From NCBI GenBank assembly GCA_030248215.1, contig JASANG010003984.1, positions 62,001 through 126,000 on the forward strand: a DNA stretch of 64,000 nt, in the 5' to 3' direction. Source of the DNA: Enoplolaimus lenunculus. Taxonomy: Eukaryota. The translations under genes and the position numbers were made by a program. Every line of letters starts with the position of its first letter. Positions within the stretch are counted from its first letter, which is position 1. Shown here one piece after another: positions 27,764 through 42,700 of the stretch. A model generated the notes under the pieces. The model was not told the DNA's origin. It did no database searches and worked only from the letters and a program-made list of their open reading frames with translations.

Positions 27764-30700
27764 TTATGGCAACAGGCGCCCAAATTCAGAAATCAACAGC
27801 GATTTACGAACAGAATCCCACATGCGAGCGGCATAATGAAACCTGAAAGACTGATTTAAACATTTTGTAAACAAAACACATTACCATAGATCATTATCAA
27901 GTTTACATAACTAGAACAGGTTTTATCAAAATAGCTGTAATTTTTTACACACATCAATAGAACATCAGAGGTTTTAAAACTTGAAAATAAAGCGGAAATA
28001 TACTACAAAACTACTCAAAATTATCGTTTCTACGCAGACCACAATATGCGAAAAGCGACACTAAATGTTGACCGTCAAAATTTACCGCTAACCGATTTGC
28101 CTCGCTAGTGTGGAATATCAAATCACCAGCTTTCGCAGCTCGCCTGTTTCAGAACCTAAACCGCAAACTTGCCGGTGATACCTGCTACCGCTAACTGTAG
28201 CTTATCAGATACTTACCAAGCCTTTTCGTTAGTCACACTTGCTGATATTTGACGTCTTGGACAACTGTAAATTTGCATTCGCAATTCGTCAACAAGCTGA
28301 TCGTACTCTACATGACCTTTGTATCCTTCTTTTTCTAAATAAACCAAAAACATAAACTTAAAAAATAGATTGAAGCCGCTATAAAAGTTAAACTCGGCTC
28401 ACAATATTTGGACACGTGAACTACAAACAACTTGTCAAATTTTGAAGCTCCTTATTGGCACATTTCAGAAAATGAACATGGTACCACACTAATTGTCGAG
28501 CACGAAAGCCATGATGTCCTGTAGTTACCGTTGGCCATCTTGCAATGGTTTCAAAATCCATTCATTTTCCACCATTGACGCACCGATCTTAATACTGCGA
28601 GAAAGCCTTGCACACAACTAACTGTTGCTTACAACGCATCTATAAAACTCTAGCACAACAAAACAAATTTACCTGGAAATTTGTGCTTCAACCAAAAATT
28701 AACTTCCGGCAGCAAACACAGATTGACATCACTATGAATCACATCACCGTGGTAGCCACCGCGACCTTCGCGCCACGTACTGCACACTCCTAAAACATAC
28801 TAACGTTTGTTTTACAACAAAACGCACATTCTGGACCGGACAAAGACCTTCCCTACGTATGCGAAGACCTTCCTGCAACGAGATTGCATGTTTTATTTAA
28901 GCATAAAAAATTAGAACACTAATCCTATCAAATCATTTCAATCTATAAAGAACAACTAACAAAAGCGACACCATAAAATTTCATACAGCCTAACCATAAA
29001 CATTCAACTTTGACTTTGCAAACAAGTCGTCGATCAACGCACAATGAGAACGAATGCTCAGCGGCTCAAATTCTTCTGAAGTCGCTTTGTTGTGAACAAA
29101 AACTATAAAAATATTACCAAAACCTCAAATCTGCACCCTTCAAAACAACAGAACTTTCAAAAATCCGCTAAAACCTTACGTTTTAATTTTTTCTAAAAAC
29201 GTTAGGCGCTTACCATAGTAACTCATTGGCGGACCATGATAGCAACAGTTTAAAATTTTTCTAGTTAAACTGGAAATTTAAATTATTAATAACGATAATT
29301 TTTTCAAAACATCATGCGTCAACCGTAAATTTCTAGATCTGCCGTGGTCGCCGTACCTCTTCAGAAATTCTTGCTTACACCACTGCTGCGTCAAAAACCA
29401 TTCCATTGTTTTATTGATAAGCTCTAATAAAAACTCACCTAAGTGTGGATTGTAATCCATGTTTAATGGACTTTCCGCTAATGGCAACGACGGTTTTAGC
29501 ATTTCGGCAGTTTGAATAAATCTGAAACGAGGCAATCAAAGATATAACAGGATATTGCATGTAAATATTGCATGTAAATATAAGCACTATTGAAAGTAAT
29601 TGAGTCGCGTAGTATATGTTCGCTGCACGGCCGGATTAAGGTGGGTTGATGCCCGTTGCCCATATAATTATCAGGCACTTTTAAGCCATAATTATTTTAA
29701 TAACCACAGCTTAAAGCCCCACATTTTTCTGAAATAAATTGTACCAGAAGTACGAAACAAAATTTACGGCCCAAAGACTTTTCTAAATTTGCACTAAGAG
29801 AAGTTAGTTATGATTCCACTGAAGTTAAACCTTTTCTGAACTCTAAGAATAAACGATGTGGGTCTCGTTTTCTTTCTTTTTTAGTTTTACGACCAATATG
29901 TTTTTCAAAAAATTCTGTCAACACACTTTTCTTTTCGATTCAACCTGTTGTGTGAAGTAGGGTAACACCGACTCCACGATTTGACCGAATCCGAATCCGC
30001 ATTTCAAATATATGTAATACTTGTTTCAAAATAGCGCCCGACCTCAGATCTAAAATTTGTAACCTGAAATAAAAATATTGATTTATATGACAAGTTACTT
30101 GAAACTGTATTGTTTAGAAATGAAAAAAGATAATGAAAAACGTTGTTGCATTTGGCTTTTCATAACCGAAACCAGATCAGAATCTGAACCGCAATTTTTT
30201 GCCGAATTTGAACCTTTGTTGCCACCCTGATGTGAGCAGTCAGCATAACTCGGTGGTTAGAGGTTTTATCCAGGAGCAGGAATGTGCGAGGATACGAGTT
30301 TCCTAATCCTATCCCCGAAACTTGTGTGCGTGTAGTCCAGCCGTGGTCCGGCAGGCCGGATTGCAGCCGGTTAGATCTTGCATGTCTGCTTAACAAAAAG
30401 CAATCTAAAACAGTCCAGTGATGATGAATAAAGATGACTATGCAAGGGCACTCTAACACCGAAAGCGAAGTGGGGCACAGTGGAGGTTATTAGAACAGTA
30501 TGCGAAAATTTTCAAAATCCAACCATTTTTGAGCAAACGCCGTCTGATGGTGATAACAGAAAAGACTTGAAAAACTTAACAGGTTCGCTTGCCCCGAAAG
30601 GTAATCCCTACACAATCTTAAATATGTCCACTTGTAAAAAGTTTTATGGTATTCGGTGTCACAACCGTAAATATCCGGTATCCGATAGGGATATACCGGA

Positions 30701-33700
30701 TATCGAATTTTACCGGATATTACAACAGAACGGGATATACCGGTCGTACGCTGTCCTAAATTATACACAGCCTACAACGCTAATGACTTATCCGGTAAAC
30801 CCCACTAAGTGCTAGGTACATTTCTTTTCTAATGACTATGCAGTGTGACATACAAACAAACAAACCCAAACAAGACCTTATATTCAACAAATAAAAACAG
30901 TTTCACAGCTTTCCTATGTACCTATACAGATCTACATCCGGACACCAATCCATGATTACAACAACCACGTGACAAACTTGAAGCATGAACGCTGCAATTT
31001 CTAAGCTCTGCAAGCAATAAAACAATTTTTCAAGCGATGGAGCTCACTTAGAACTGGAGCCGATACCATAAGACCAATTGCCAGTTGTCATATCGCTATT
31101 TTTTCGACAATGGTAGGGTTTCCGAAACCCTGCTTACGCACGATTTGGTACTTAAGTGTGAGCTAAGTACTTGCTTAACTATTTTGTCGTTTTTAAAAGC
31201 GTACTAATGATAAGTAAATACTTAAGTCGCTGAATAATTTTGATGTACTACAAATTAACCGCTCACGCATACTCACCTTGGTGTAATTGAAATTGTAGTC
31301 ATGATGCCTCCTTAATATAAAGCGAAACTCTTAGCTTCATGTCATGACAATGGCCGTTATTTGGCGCTTCTTTGGTTGTGCTCGAAACTTTAAGTATTTA
31401 CTTAAGACGACTAGTTAAGTAATTACTTAAGTGTAACTTAAGTAAACACTTAAGACTCGGTATGTTATAAATTTGCGTTCAGAAAACTTCCAGGTCCGAT
31501 TTAGGTATAAATTTGCCGTTTCGCATGCAGTTCCAGTGTAATTCAGTTCCGTTTGCACCCCGAAACCTATTCCTATTCATCTCAATCCTCGAACTTCACG
31601 GTTTAAAAATTTGTGGTCTACCTAAATACTTATATTATACATCATTATCATTTAATTGTAAGCAATTTTCCTTAAAACTGCTTCTAATTTAACTAAACCC
31701 CAGATTGAACATAAAAATGTTAATTATAACGTACCTGGACTTCTACACAATTTTCAGCCATGGGATAATCGTAATTGTACTTCTTGTCATAATATATGAA
31801 ATTGCTCAGAACTGAAGCACTAAGCAAAGGCTTAAATATATAAAAAAAACAAGTTTAAAAATATGCTTTTCCGACGTCTCTCACTTCCTACTTTTGGGGC
31901 TTGCAAGAGTGGTGTGAGCAGTTCCCTAGGTTCAACCTGGGGCAATTTTGCCTATTCAGATGTGTAATAAACCATTTTCGTAAAATTAAAACCGTTTTAT
32001 AGTTATCAAATTTTAAGCCTTCGCGTTTATAATGATGTAATGTAGTAATCATATTAAAATAACAATCGGCATCGCCACAAATTTTGGTATCGATCGGAAC
32101 ATCACAATTCGAAACACTGCTGTTTGGTGGTCAAAACAATCTTAGGAGGGGCATACGGTTGAAATAACAAGCTTACAAGCGATTTGACAAGTTTTCTGTG
32201 GAAGAGAAATGTTTCTAGAAGAGCGGAGCCAACCTGACCCCCCTCTGGCTACGAGGAATGTTTCTCATGATTACAGATGTCATTAGCAAAATGTAGTGAA
32301 ATTTTATGTTTTCCACAGTCAAATTAAACTCTAAACAAACCTGTGTATCAAGAACAATGACTCGTTCATTAGTGATATGAAAATAAATTCCATTCGTCTG
32401 ATGTTGGCTAGTCTCGACCGCATCTTTGCTTTCCGGGCGAAAAATGTAATTTCTGAAACCAAAACATTGACAGTCACCCTACTAACTAAGTGAAGTGGAA
32501 CACTTAAAAACCAATCAACTGTTCTAAAATTAGAAAAAATAACCTATCCCTCTCAGTTCGGAAACAATTGTAATTCCGATCCGCTATTAAAATGCATAAT
32601 AAGCATTATTCATATGGCGGCTAAAACATGAGCCTGTATGTATACAATTAACCATTTCAACCAAACAAAACCTAAGCTTAACATTATGTCAAAGCAAAAC
32701 AACTTGTCTAACAGCACGAGTTACACCTGTCGTACAACAGATTTTCTGATACTGCGGATAAAATTATTGCAAACAGGGCATTGCCACATAGCCTTATCAC
32801 AACAAGCGCATTTATGCTTACCGATATGGATCAGCGGTTTGATTGCCGGCCAAAAAACTGGCAATAGTTGATTTTCCCGTGCCTTGCCCACCAATGACCC
32901 CCACAACGAGAAACCGGTTATTGTTTTCGATAAGAAACTGAAATTGCCATAAAAACTTGGTCCATAATGCTGTCATGATAAATGCGACTAAGCTTACTAA
33001 TATCCATTTTGTAACCATGGTTCAAATTTTTAAACATGTATTGAACCTTTTACCAGTCATTTATATGTCTTGTAGCTTTCCTCTTAAGTAATGAAGGGTG
33101 GTGATATTCAAAATGCAGCAAATACTTCGTCAGTTTGAAAACCAGCCGCTAATATGAACCATACGCATTTGAGAATATGGGTACACAAAATAGAGGATGA
33201 AACCAAAAAGCGCTTGAACCCATCTCATTAAATTATCTAAAGCCAAACATAAAACAAGATTGGGTTTTATCAAACCCTTTAAATAAACTTACCTCGGTTG
33301 GAGCTTCAGACCACTCCAAAGCTTCAGTGACCATTCGCAGGCTTGCTTTTGGAACAATATCACGAATCCGAAATCCAGAAATTCCAGGTTCAGCTGGGGT
33401 TCCCGGACCTGACTGTCGTGATTGATGCGATGCACCTTGATACACATTCTGCGTTTTCGATCCTGGAAAACAATCAAATTACCACTCATAGGTATTGTGA
33501 ATTCCCCAAAAGAATTTAATACTACTCTGAGATTGAACAACAAATTTGCAAGAAGCGATGCATGCACGAAGAAAGTTCAAACTGCACAACTTACCGAAGA
33601 AACTGCTTTAAACTTCTACATCTAATGTTTAATTAAATACTCAAAAATATGCAAATATAGGTTTTGAAATCTATTTGAGCTCAACAGATAGACATAACTA

Positions 33701-36700
33701 GTTTTCAATTCAAAAAACTGCAATATTTGGTTAAGCGCAAGACAATACCTATGATCACAAAGAACCTACCATCTCCAGAAACCGTCGCGCCTATTCTATT
33801 TGTCGAGTGATTAATCCTTCCACCACGCGGTTGAACCACCGAAACGCCAACTACTCCAGTTGTATCTACATTTTGACCAAATGCTTGGCTTCGATAACCT
33901 CCTCTTACCGGCGCAGGATCCCTAGCATCATTTCGATTCGTATAGGATCGAAATCCAGTCCCAGGGTGGACACCCTCAGCCCGTTCCATTGAGTCCGTTC
34001 TTCGACGATCTCTATCTTCAGTGCCAGCAAATAGCGATGACGTCTCGTGCCTTACTTCCCATGCGTCATCAGATTCGTCGCGCTTGCTCCGGTCATTCCT
34101 AGTTGCCTCATCCCGACGTTCATATTGCGAGCTATCTGCACCTTTATCCGTTCGATATCGCCGACTATTCAACTCGTGTCGAAACCATCTTGATGTTTGC
34201 GCCTCTTCATCATACCCACCTTCAGGCAGTGGTCTAGTCTCCTTCTTTCGACTTGCACCATCCTCCATCGCACGTACCATATACCCACCTTCTCTTTCAT
34301 CTTCAATATCAGCACCAGATACCAATCGTCCCATACCTGTTTGGTCCTCCGCTGTCGGGATACCCTGCTCATCACTAGAATACCGTTTTTGGTTGTAAAA
34401 ATCTCGTCTGCTCTCAGTCTCCCATCCTTGCCGGTCAGCCTGTAGCATCGGTGGTGGTGGTGGGCTACGACGCTCGCTGCCGGTGGCCGCCCGTGGCGAA
34501 TCCCATGGATTCTCTCGGCGATTGGTACGCCTACCAACAGACACAGAGCCAGTACTACCCACAGCTTCGCTTACTGCCTGCGGGCGGACATCACGAGGTA
34601 TCTCTTCATACTTTGGTGGGGACGGTGGTGGTCTACCACCTCTTGGCGGTGAAATATATCTCCGACGGTGGCGTGGTGACGCGGATTCATCATCAGGAAG
34701 TGCGGGAGGGGCGGGCCACGGCTGACGAGCGATTTCTTCGCCAGCAGACATCGCGGCCCTATAACTAGTCGAGCTGTGTTGGTTGCAAGCTGGACGAAGC
34801 GGTGGTGATGGTGACAACGTTCTTCGAGTAAACCTCGAATCAGTAGCATTATTCGCTGTTGAAAATGATGTTAGAGACGAACCTAAATACAAACTGCTAG
34901 CGCTACAGCCACATTTGCAACAAATGTTCCATTATTTTAACCTATAAGAATCCACTATGTTCCAGTCTACTACATATGAACTAGGATGCTTGTGAAAATT
35001 GTTAGTTAAAACAGTCGTGGTAGGACTACATGTGTATATTGAGCGAACTCGGACCTACTTACTGCCCAATGCAATAATTGGATTAGTTAATGTGCTACAT
35101 AGATAAATAGAAAAAGGATTTAACGCCGCAACAGGCGCTCTCGTCGACAAAGTTGAAAATTACCAATTGCGACATCCTAAAAACCTTACATACTCAATTT
35201 ATTATTCAACTTTATTCTTTCTGTGTCAATAATAAACTGATAATTTTTTTTGTGTGAAGAGAGCTAATGTCTCGTATAGCTAATATTTTCCTACCAAAAA
35301 ATTGCTCACGTTTTTTCCAACGCTTACATACGCACAAAAAGTGCTCAGCAGTCTCATTTACATTACATTCTGAACAGTTTTTATCTTGAACTATTTTCAT
35401 TCTAAAAAGATAATACCCTAACCGACAGCGTCCCGATAAAATTTGAACACATTGTCTACGTTTGTCTTTGCTAAACCTTAGTAAAAATCTACTTCTTCTA
35501 GTATTTGGTTCTTTGATTATCGATCTTGTAAATTTACAACTTTTCTGATTTATCCATCTATATAAATGTTCTGCACATCCATGATGTGATTCTTGAACGA
35601 ACCTCACACTTACATATTAGTAGTGCCGGTTCTGGCCCTATAAAGCTTCTGTATGATCCACAGCTTGCTAATTCATCCACTACATCATTACCGGTTACAT
35701 TAGAATGATCCGGAACCCACACCAATAAAACGTCATTGAATTCTCAAAGTCTTTAATTGCTAATCGACACTCATTTACGGTTTTCGTATTAATTTTAATA
35801 ATTATTGATTTCAATGCAGCCTAACTCTGGTGTAAATATTCTTTTTCCAGCAGTGTTCCTTTCTGTTAGCTCTTTAGCGCATATTTTGATCACTAAGATT
35901 TCTGTCTGAAAGACTGAGACGTACTCTCCTAATGATCGACTGAGAACAAAAAGCGTTGAAAAAATACCAGCACCCGCTAATTTTCCTGTTGCACCTTTAG
36001 CGACAGAGCCATCACCGATCAGTGTAACATACTATATCGTCATTTCTTCTAAAATCTCATAAAATTACTCCAGTGTACTCTAGGTGGAAACAAAACATTC
36101 CATGTTGGTTCACATATTATTTCACCTGACATATCATCTGCGGAAAACTGAGTACTTCAGGTTGGTTAATCTCAACCAAGTAATCTCGATGTCCTGATTT
36201 GCATATTACCTTAATTGCTTACGTGTGTTCGAGCTTCGCTCAATAAATGTAGTCCCACTACGACTGGTATATATTGTACATAAAAGCAGTCATAGTGGGA
36301 CTACATGTATTGAGCGAAGCTCGAACACACTTAAGCAATTAAGCTAATATGCAAATTAGTTATTAGCTAACTATTCAGTTATCTGTTTTGCAGGCTTGGG
36401 AACAATTTATTCAGATTCCTCGCACCCAAAAATCCTTCAGTAACACTAAAAATTAGTAAAATATTGCAAAAGCACTAATTTAGGCTTATCAAATACGCTA
36501 ATATGCAAATTAGCTATTAGCTAACAAATAAATTATGGATTTTTAAGGTTTGTAGACAATTTATTCAGATTGCTCGTACCCAAAAACCCTGGTACCCAAA
36601 AACCGTTTATTGCTGAAATTAGATTGCTTGTAACCCTAATGAATAGTGAAATACGTATTGTAAAAAGTCCTACTTTAAGATAATCAATTATTCTAATATG

Positions 36701-39700
36701 CAAATTAGCTGTTAGCTAACTATTCAATTATCGTTTCTGAAGGTTTTTAGACAATTTATTCAGATTCCTTGCATCAAATACCTTTATTACTGAAACTAGA
36801 ATGTTTGTAACCCTAATAATTAGTGGAATATCTTAAAAAAGTACTAATTTAGGCTTAACCAATTATGCAAATTAGCCAGTGTGCAAGAAGAGCTCGTTCA
36901 AAGGCTCGATTGGCTGCACAAATTGCAGGCGCTGGTATCACTACAAATGCGCTGGCGTGCTCAATTATGCGACGGCAAAGCAAACACCGATTTGGGCATG
37001 TGATGATTGTAAACGAACAACACGTACTGCTCCAGCAGGTGCTCAAGGTACAAAACCAGGTCAGACACCCAGCCAAAGCATCAATCAAAAAGCCTTCAAT
37101 GTGCTTCAATGGAATGCCCGAGGTGTCAGATCCAAGGTCGCGGAGCTTGAGCACCTGTTGGAAACGGTGGAACCGGAAGTAGTAATGATACAAGAAACCC
37201 TGCTGAAGAGTGGAACAGACTTCAAAGTGAAGGGATACCAAGAACCCATTCGAAAAGATAATGAAGTGGCCAGAAACAACAACTCAACAAAACCCGGTGG
37301 TGGCCTGATCACACTGATTAAAGATGGCCTAAATTTCAAAGAAATCCGAAATGGAGTATACAACAGCAGAAACGACAAAACAACGGAATGGCAAGCAATA
37401 TCAGTCAACCTGAAAGACAGACCGCCTATCAAACTGGTCAATGTCTATGTCCCACCTATTACAAACTGCACCGACGACAATAGGACACAATTATTCGATC
37501 CAAACGGACTAATGGCAGACGAGTCTACATTTCTGGGAGGCGACTTCAATGGTCATCATGCCATGTGGGACTCATTCCAACCGCAAAACAAAATTGGCAA
37601 ACAAATGGTTGACTGGATGGATAACAAAAACATGATATCAATCAACAACAATACCGAACCGACCTTCTGTGGGTTTAACAACGCCTGTAGCAGTTCACCG
37701 GATGTCACGGTCATGCATACAAAATGGTTAGAAAAAGCAAAATGGAAAACGACGGACAGCATGGGTTCAGATCACAAGTCTATCCTTTGGTCGATCAATC
37801 TTATAAAACCAAAACCAAGGCTTATCCGAAAAACAAGATGGTCATTCAAACCCGCAGCGCTGGAGAACTTTAGATCCGCGCTAGAAAGAAAACTGGAACG
37901 TTGGGAAATCAACGAAAACATCACGATCGCAAACAAGAACTTCAACGAAATCGTAATGACAGAAGCCAAGCGACACATACCGCGCGGAGCGGTGAAAGCT
38001 GCAAAACCATGGTGGAGTCAGGAAGCCCAAAATTTGGTCAATGCCCGATTCGATGCTTTGGTTAAAGCCAGAACCACCAAAAAGCCTGAAGACCTGGAAG
38101 ACTATCAAAGGAAAGCCAAGGATGCTAGATACAAAATCAGGCACATGAAAAGAGACGCTTGGCGAGAAAAAGCAAGTAACTTCAACTATACAACAGAGCC
38201 TAGGACAGTATGGAGAATAGTTAAAGCAATTGATGGTAATCTACCAGCCGCGCCGTCTGGAAAACCGATGATCTCAGAGAAAGGCAGAGAACTGAGGACA
38301 GATGCAGCGAAAGCAGATGAATTCTGCAGAGTGTACTCAAAAGTCAGCAAATTGGAAAAGTCGAAAGAAGATAAAGTACACGAATACAATATCAGATCCC
38401 GTGTAAAAAATGGAAAGGCAGCGATCGTTGAAGAAGACATGCCTTTCAGCCTTAGTGAATTGGAGACTACGATATCAGAACTGAAAAGTGGTAAAGCAGC
38501 CGGAATCGACGAAACCACCAACGAAATGATCAAATCTTTCGGCGAAAGAGCTAAACGCATGCTAATCGAGTTATACAATCGATCATGGGACAGTGGTGAT
38601 GTACCAAGCTGCTGGAAAAAAGCAGTCATAATTCCAATCAGGAAGAAAGGAAAGCCTGTAGAATCTGCTGGTTCTTACCGCCCAATAGCACTAACAAGCT
38701 GTGTGGCGAAATGCATGGAACGTATGATAAAGAACAGGGTAAACTATATTATGGAAACTAAGAACCTATTCGACGAAAACCAAGCGGGCTTCAGAAAATT
38801 GAGATCAACCGAAGATCAATTGCTGAGGATTACCCAGGATGTGCTAGATGGCTTTCACTGTAAGAAAATGGAAAGAACTTCGATGGTGCTGGTAGATTTC
38901 TCCCGCGCATTCGATAAAGTGTGGAAAAGCAAACTCCTGGAGAAAATGATGGAACTAAATCTGCCACCCAAAATGATCTTCTGGATAAAGAACTTCTTAC
39001 AAGACAGACGAGGAAAAGTACAGTTCGGAGCCGCAAAAAGTAGATACAGGAAGTTTGAGGAGGGTCTACCTCAGGGCAGCGTACTAAGCCCAACCTTATT
39101 TACGATTTTCATCAACGATATCACAGTCGGTCTCCCTGAAGGTGTGAATTGCTCGCTGTTTGCTGACGATCTAGCGATATGGTCACGACACCGGAACATT
39201 GCAGAGATCGAAGACAATATGCAAGATGCCATGGACGCAATCGTTGAATGGAGTGATACAAACAAAATGATAATAAGTGAAGAGAAGACTGAACAGACGC
39301 TATTCACGACATGGAACAAAGAAAAAAGCGTTGTCCCGGAGATCATGATGCGTGGAAAACGTCTGACGTTTTCGAAGAATCCCGTCTTCCTCGGAACCAC
39401 ATTCCTTCAACATCTGAGTTTCAAAAACCACGCTGACAAGATCAAGAAGAGAATGAGTTTAAGAAACAATGTGTTACGTTCACTAACCGGCAAAGACTGG
39501 GGATGCAAAAAAGAAGATATGAGGCTTCTATAACAGTCATTCATCCGTTCTGTTGCTGAGTACGGGATCCCAGCATGGGGTCTGAGCATGTCAGAAACAG
39601 TAAATGAAACGATAGAAACAGCACAAAGAGAAGCCGCTAGAATCATCACCGGGTGTGTCAGAGGAACAAGAAATGACAGTCTTATGGTTGAAGCCGGGCT

Positions 39701-42700
39701 ACCACCACTGAAGTACAGAGCACAAGAACTAGCCAGCCTAGCCTTTGAGAAATCACTCAGACTACCCTCTGGAAACCCCCGGCGCCAAATCGTTGACCCA
39801 GAAAACAGAGTACCCAAAAGAACATCCAAAGTACAATGGCGGGACGAAGCCAAACGCCTTGCAGAAAACACTGGGCTACAAGGATTTCGAAGAGAGGAAC
39901 TAAAACCATTCCAACACCCCCCGTGGCTGAAATGGAAGACAACCACCTTCAACGAGGAACTCGCGACAACAGTGACTAAAGACATGCCACCAGAAAAGTG
40001 TAAACAAGCAGCAGAAAGTACTTTATCAAGTCTGCCGAAGCCCGCTCTCCAGTACTGGACCGACGGTTCCGCTGAAGGCGGAATCAGCAATGGTGGTAGT
40101 GGAATTCTGGAAATCAGTGCAAATGGAAACACCAGAGAACGATCGGTAGCGGCTGGACGTATTGCGAGCAGTACCAAAGCAGAAATTGTTGCCATATATG
40201 AAGCACTCAAAATGGTACAGAACAAAGTAGACAACAACGATATAAAGTATGACGAGGTCTGCTGGATCTGCTGTGATTCAAGATCTGCCATACAAAAGCT
40301 CAAGAAAGGACCTCATCTGCAAACCGACATCATCTGCAACAGGATGTGGAAAGAAATTTCACGCCATACCGAACAAAACGGTATAAAGTTCATATTCCAA
40401 TGGGTTCCTGCCCATTGTGACCTCCAACGCAATGAAAACGCAGACACGCTCGCGAAAAATGGTAGCGCCAAACACCAACAAGACGTACCGATCGACATAA
40501 GCTCTGCAAAATCTGTGATCAAGAAAAGATTCGCCAAGAAATGGGAACATGAACGAAAGCCAACCTTTGATATTGCGAAATTCGTGCCGGCTAAGCTGGA
40601 AAGTGGTCTCACGCAACACGCAAAACGAACACTTGCCCAAATGAGAACTGGAGGCAAATCCTTCTACCTTGCCAGCTTCAAGCATGCCGTGAATCCCAAT
40701 GAACCACCGCACTGCAAAAGATGCTTTAACAGTGACGAAACCATCGAACACGTGATGAAAGAATGCCATATTCTTCACCAGCGCAGAGAAGATCTGCTCA
40801 ACAAAGATGACCCGATGAAAACATTGTACGATGACCCAAAGAAAGCGTATACATTCCTGTGCAGGGCCGGAGTTATCTCCGACCGCATGTGACCTCATGG
40901 TCTCCAACCTTGAAATGAAGAAGAGAAGAAGAAAACGGACATCCACCTTTCGACTCCCAAGCACAAAATATAAAACGGTTCGCGATATTCCAAGCTTTGC
41001 GCGGAGTTCCGCTTCGCTCAATAATTGGCAGAATGCCATCTACACCAGGCGCTTTAAAACGCCCAGGTTTCAATGCTCCACCTAACCAAGTTAGGTGTAA
41101 CTACTTCATTAATTATTATACAATTATCCGCAGCGTTCATTCTAGGTATATAAATACTTACAGATATTAGTCTTGTTTACATTCTCACACTTAAAAAGTG
41201 TAACGCACTCAAACGATTATTGGCACATGTAATATGCTGAGTAGCGCGTAGTTAACTGATTTTTAAGCGTTGCAACTTTTATGCTAACAAGTCAGTAGCT
41301 ATCTAATCATTTACCCGTTTTGGAACTTTATAAACAATTTATTCAGTACCCACGCACCAAGAACCCATCATTACTGAAATACATCCCTTGTAACCCTAAA
41401 AATACATCCCTTGTAACCCTAATAAATAATTAGTGAAATACCGTAAAAAGTCTAAATTAAGCTTATATAACAAAATAAGCTAATAATGTAAAGCTGTACC
41501 GAATAAACGGCTCCGAATTTTAAAATCCCAATGCGAGGTTAATACCCCAGGATCATACGCTTTGAAACAAAAATCTTCATCAAAATCTGTTAGGGCGGTT
41601 CCTTAGATTCTCGCCGGTCAGACAGACGAGCGGACGACATTTACTTTCTACCCCCAAGTACAAAACACGCATCGCGAGACTCCCTGAGCTTCACTTAGTC
41701 TCGCTTGGCGCAGCAAAAGCGCAGAACTAAACACTACTTCATTTTTAAAAATTATATGTACAAATGACGTGAAAATATATCGAGTATGTTTATAAGTAGA
41801 CATTGGGTAAAGTGTCTTCAAAATGCTGTACGCTATTTTATATCTAATAGCAATCGGTGTTTGCAACAGGTTTTTGGTGGTTTAAACATAAAACATGACG
41901 GTCTGCCGACATCAACCATGCGCACAGCAACTCTTCAAAAATTCAAATATTTACCACTTGTGGCAGCATATAAGTGTTTGAACTCCTTTAAACATGACTT
42001 TTTAAACATACGTCTAGATCCACCTGCACTGGACTCCAGAGCCACGCCACAAGCGTTTGTAGTTGCTGATTCAATCGAAGGCCATTCCTCTTCATCGTCG
42101 TTTACAATCTGCAGCGCAAAAATGCATACTTGCAGATATAACAGTTTTCTAGTGGAGTCAGGTGCAGTCCAAAGTAACGTCTGCCGAATTTTATTCATGA
42201 CCATGCTTCACATACAAGAACGCCAACTGCTGGCCCATACTGTTGCACTTTCGTTTGTTGTGCGTGGCAATGTTGCAATAATAATATAAAATATACGGTA
42301 GTGTCGACTTATCGGCATTGGAAATAATCAGCACTTTTCGCACATAACAGTAAGTTGGAATGCTCTCTCGTTAGTGTTTGAAAAAATACGTAGTTAATAT
42401 GAACTGTTCCCATAAGATTATAATATGCTATGGTTGGTTTGGGTTTAAGTTTTCGCATTTATAATGATCTAATATTGTATCCTAACTGTTCTTTAAGCAT
42501 ATGTATTAAAATTATAATCGGAATTGGCTTTGGCAGCGCTATCAACATCTGTATGGGCGTATTTTCCAAATAACAGGCCAAATTTTCGTATGGGTACATA
42601 CCTAATATAATACTGAGTAAAGAGCAAACAATCGTGCTCGTATTTTAGTTGAACACTGCGACCAACGATCTGTATATTTAAGACATAAGCATACTAGATA

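Larger units (their letters stand above)
36281..41022 (-). mobile_element. DINE-1/HINE-like element split by the LINE (halves 36281-36877 and 40936-41022)
   Basis: Both halves are collinear with the copy at 3298-3869. Confidence 0.75.

Noticed and set aside
39531..39533. Programmed stop readthrough or alternative genetic code
   Set aside because: A single TAY>TAA substitution is simpler, and host genes here use TAA, TAG and TGA as normal stops.
37106..41039. Minus-strand ORFs opposite the LINE
   Set aside because: Antisense shadows of the long LINE frame with no recognisable domains.
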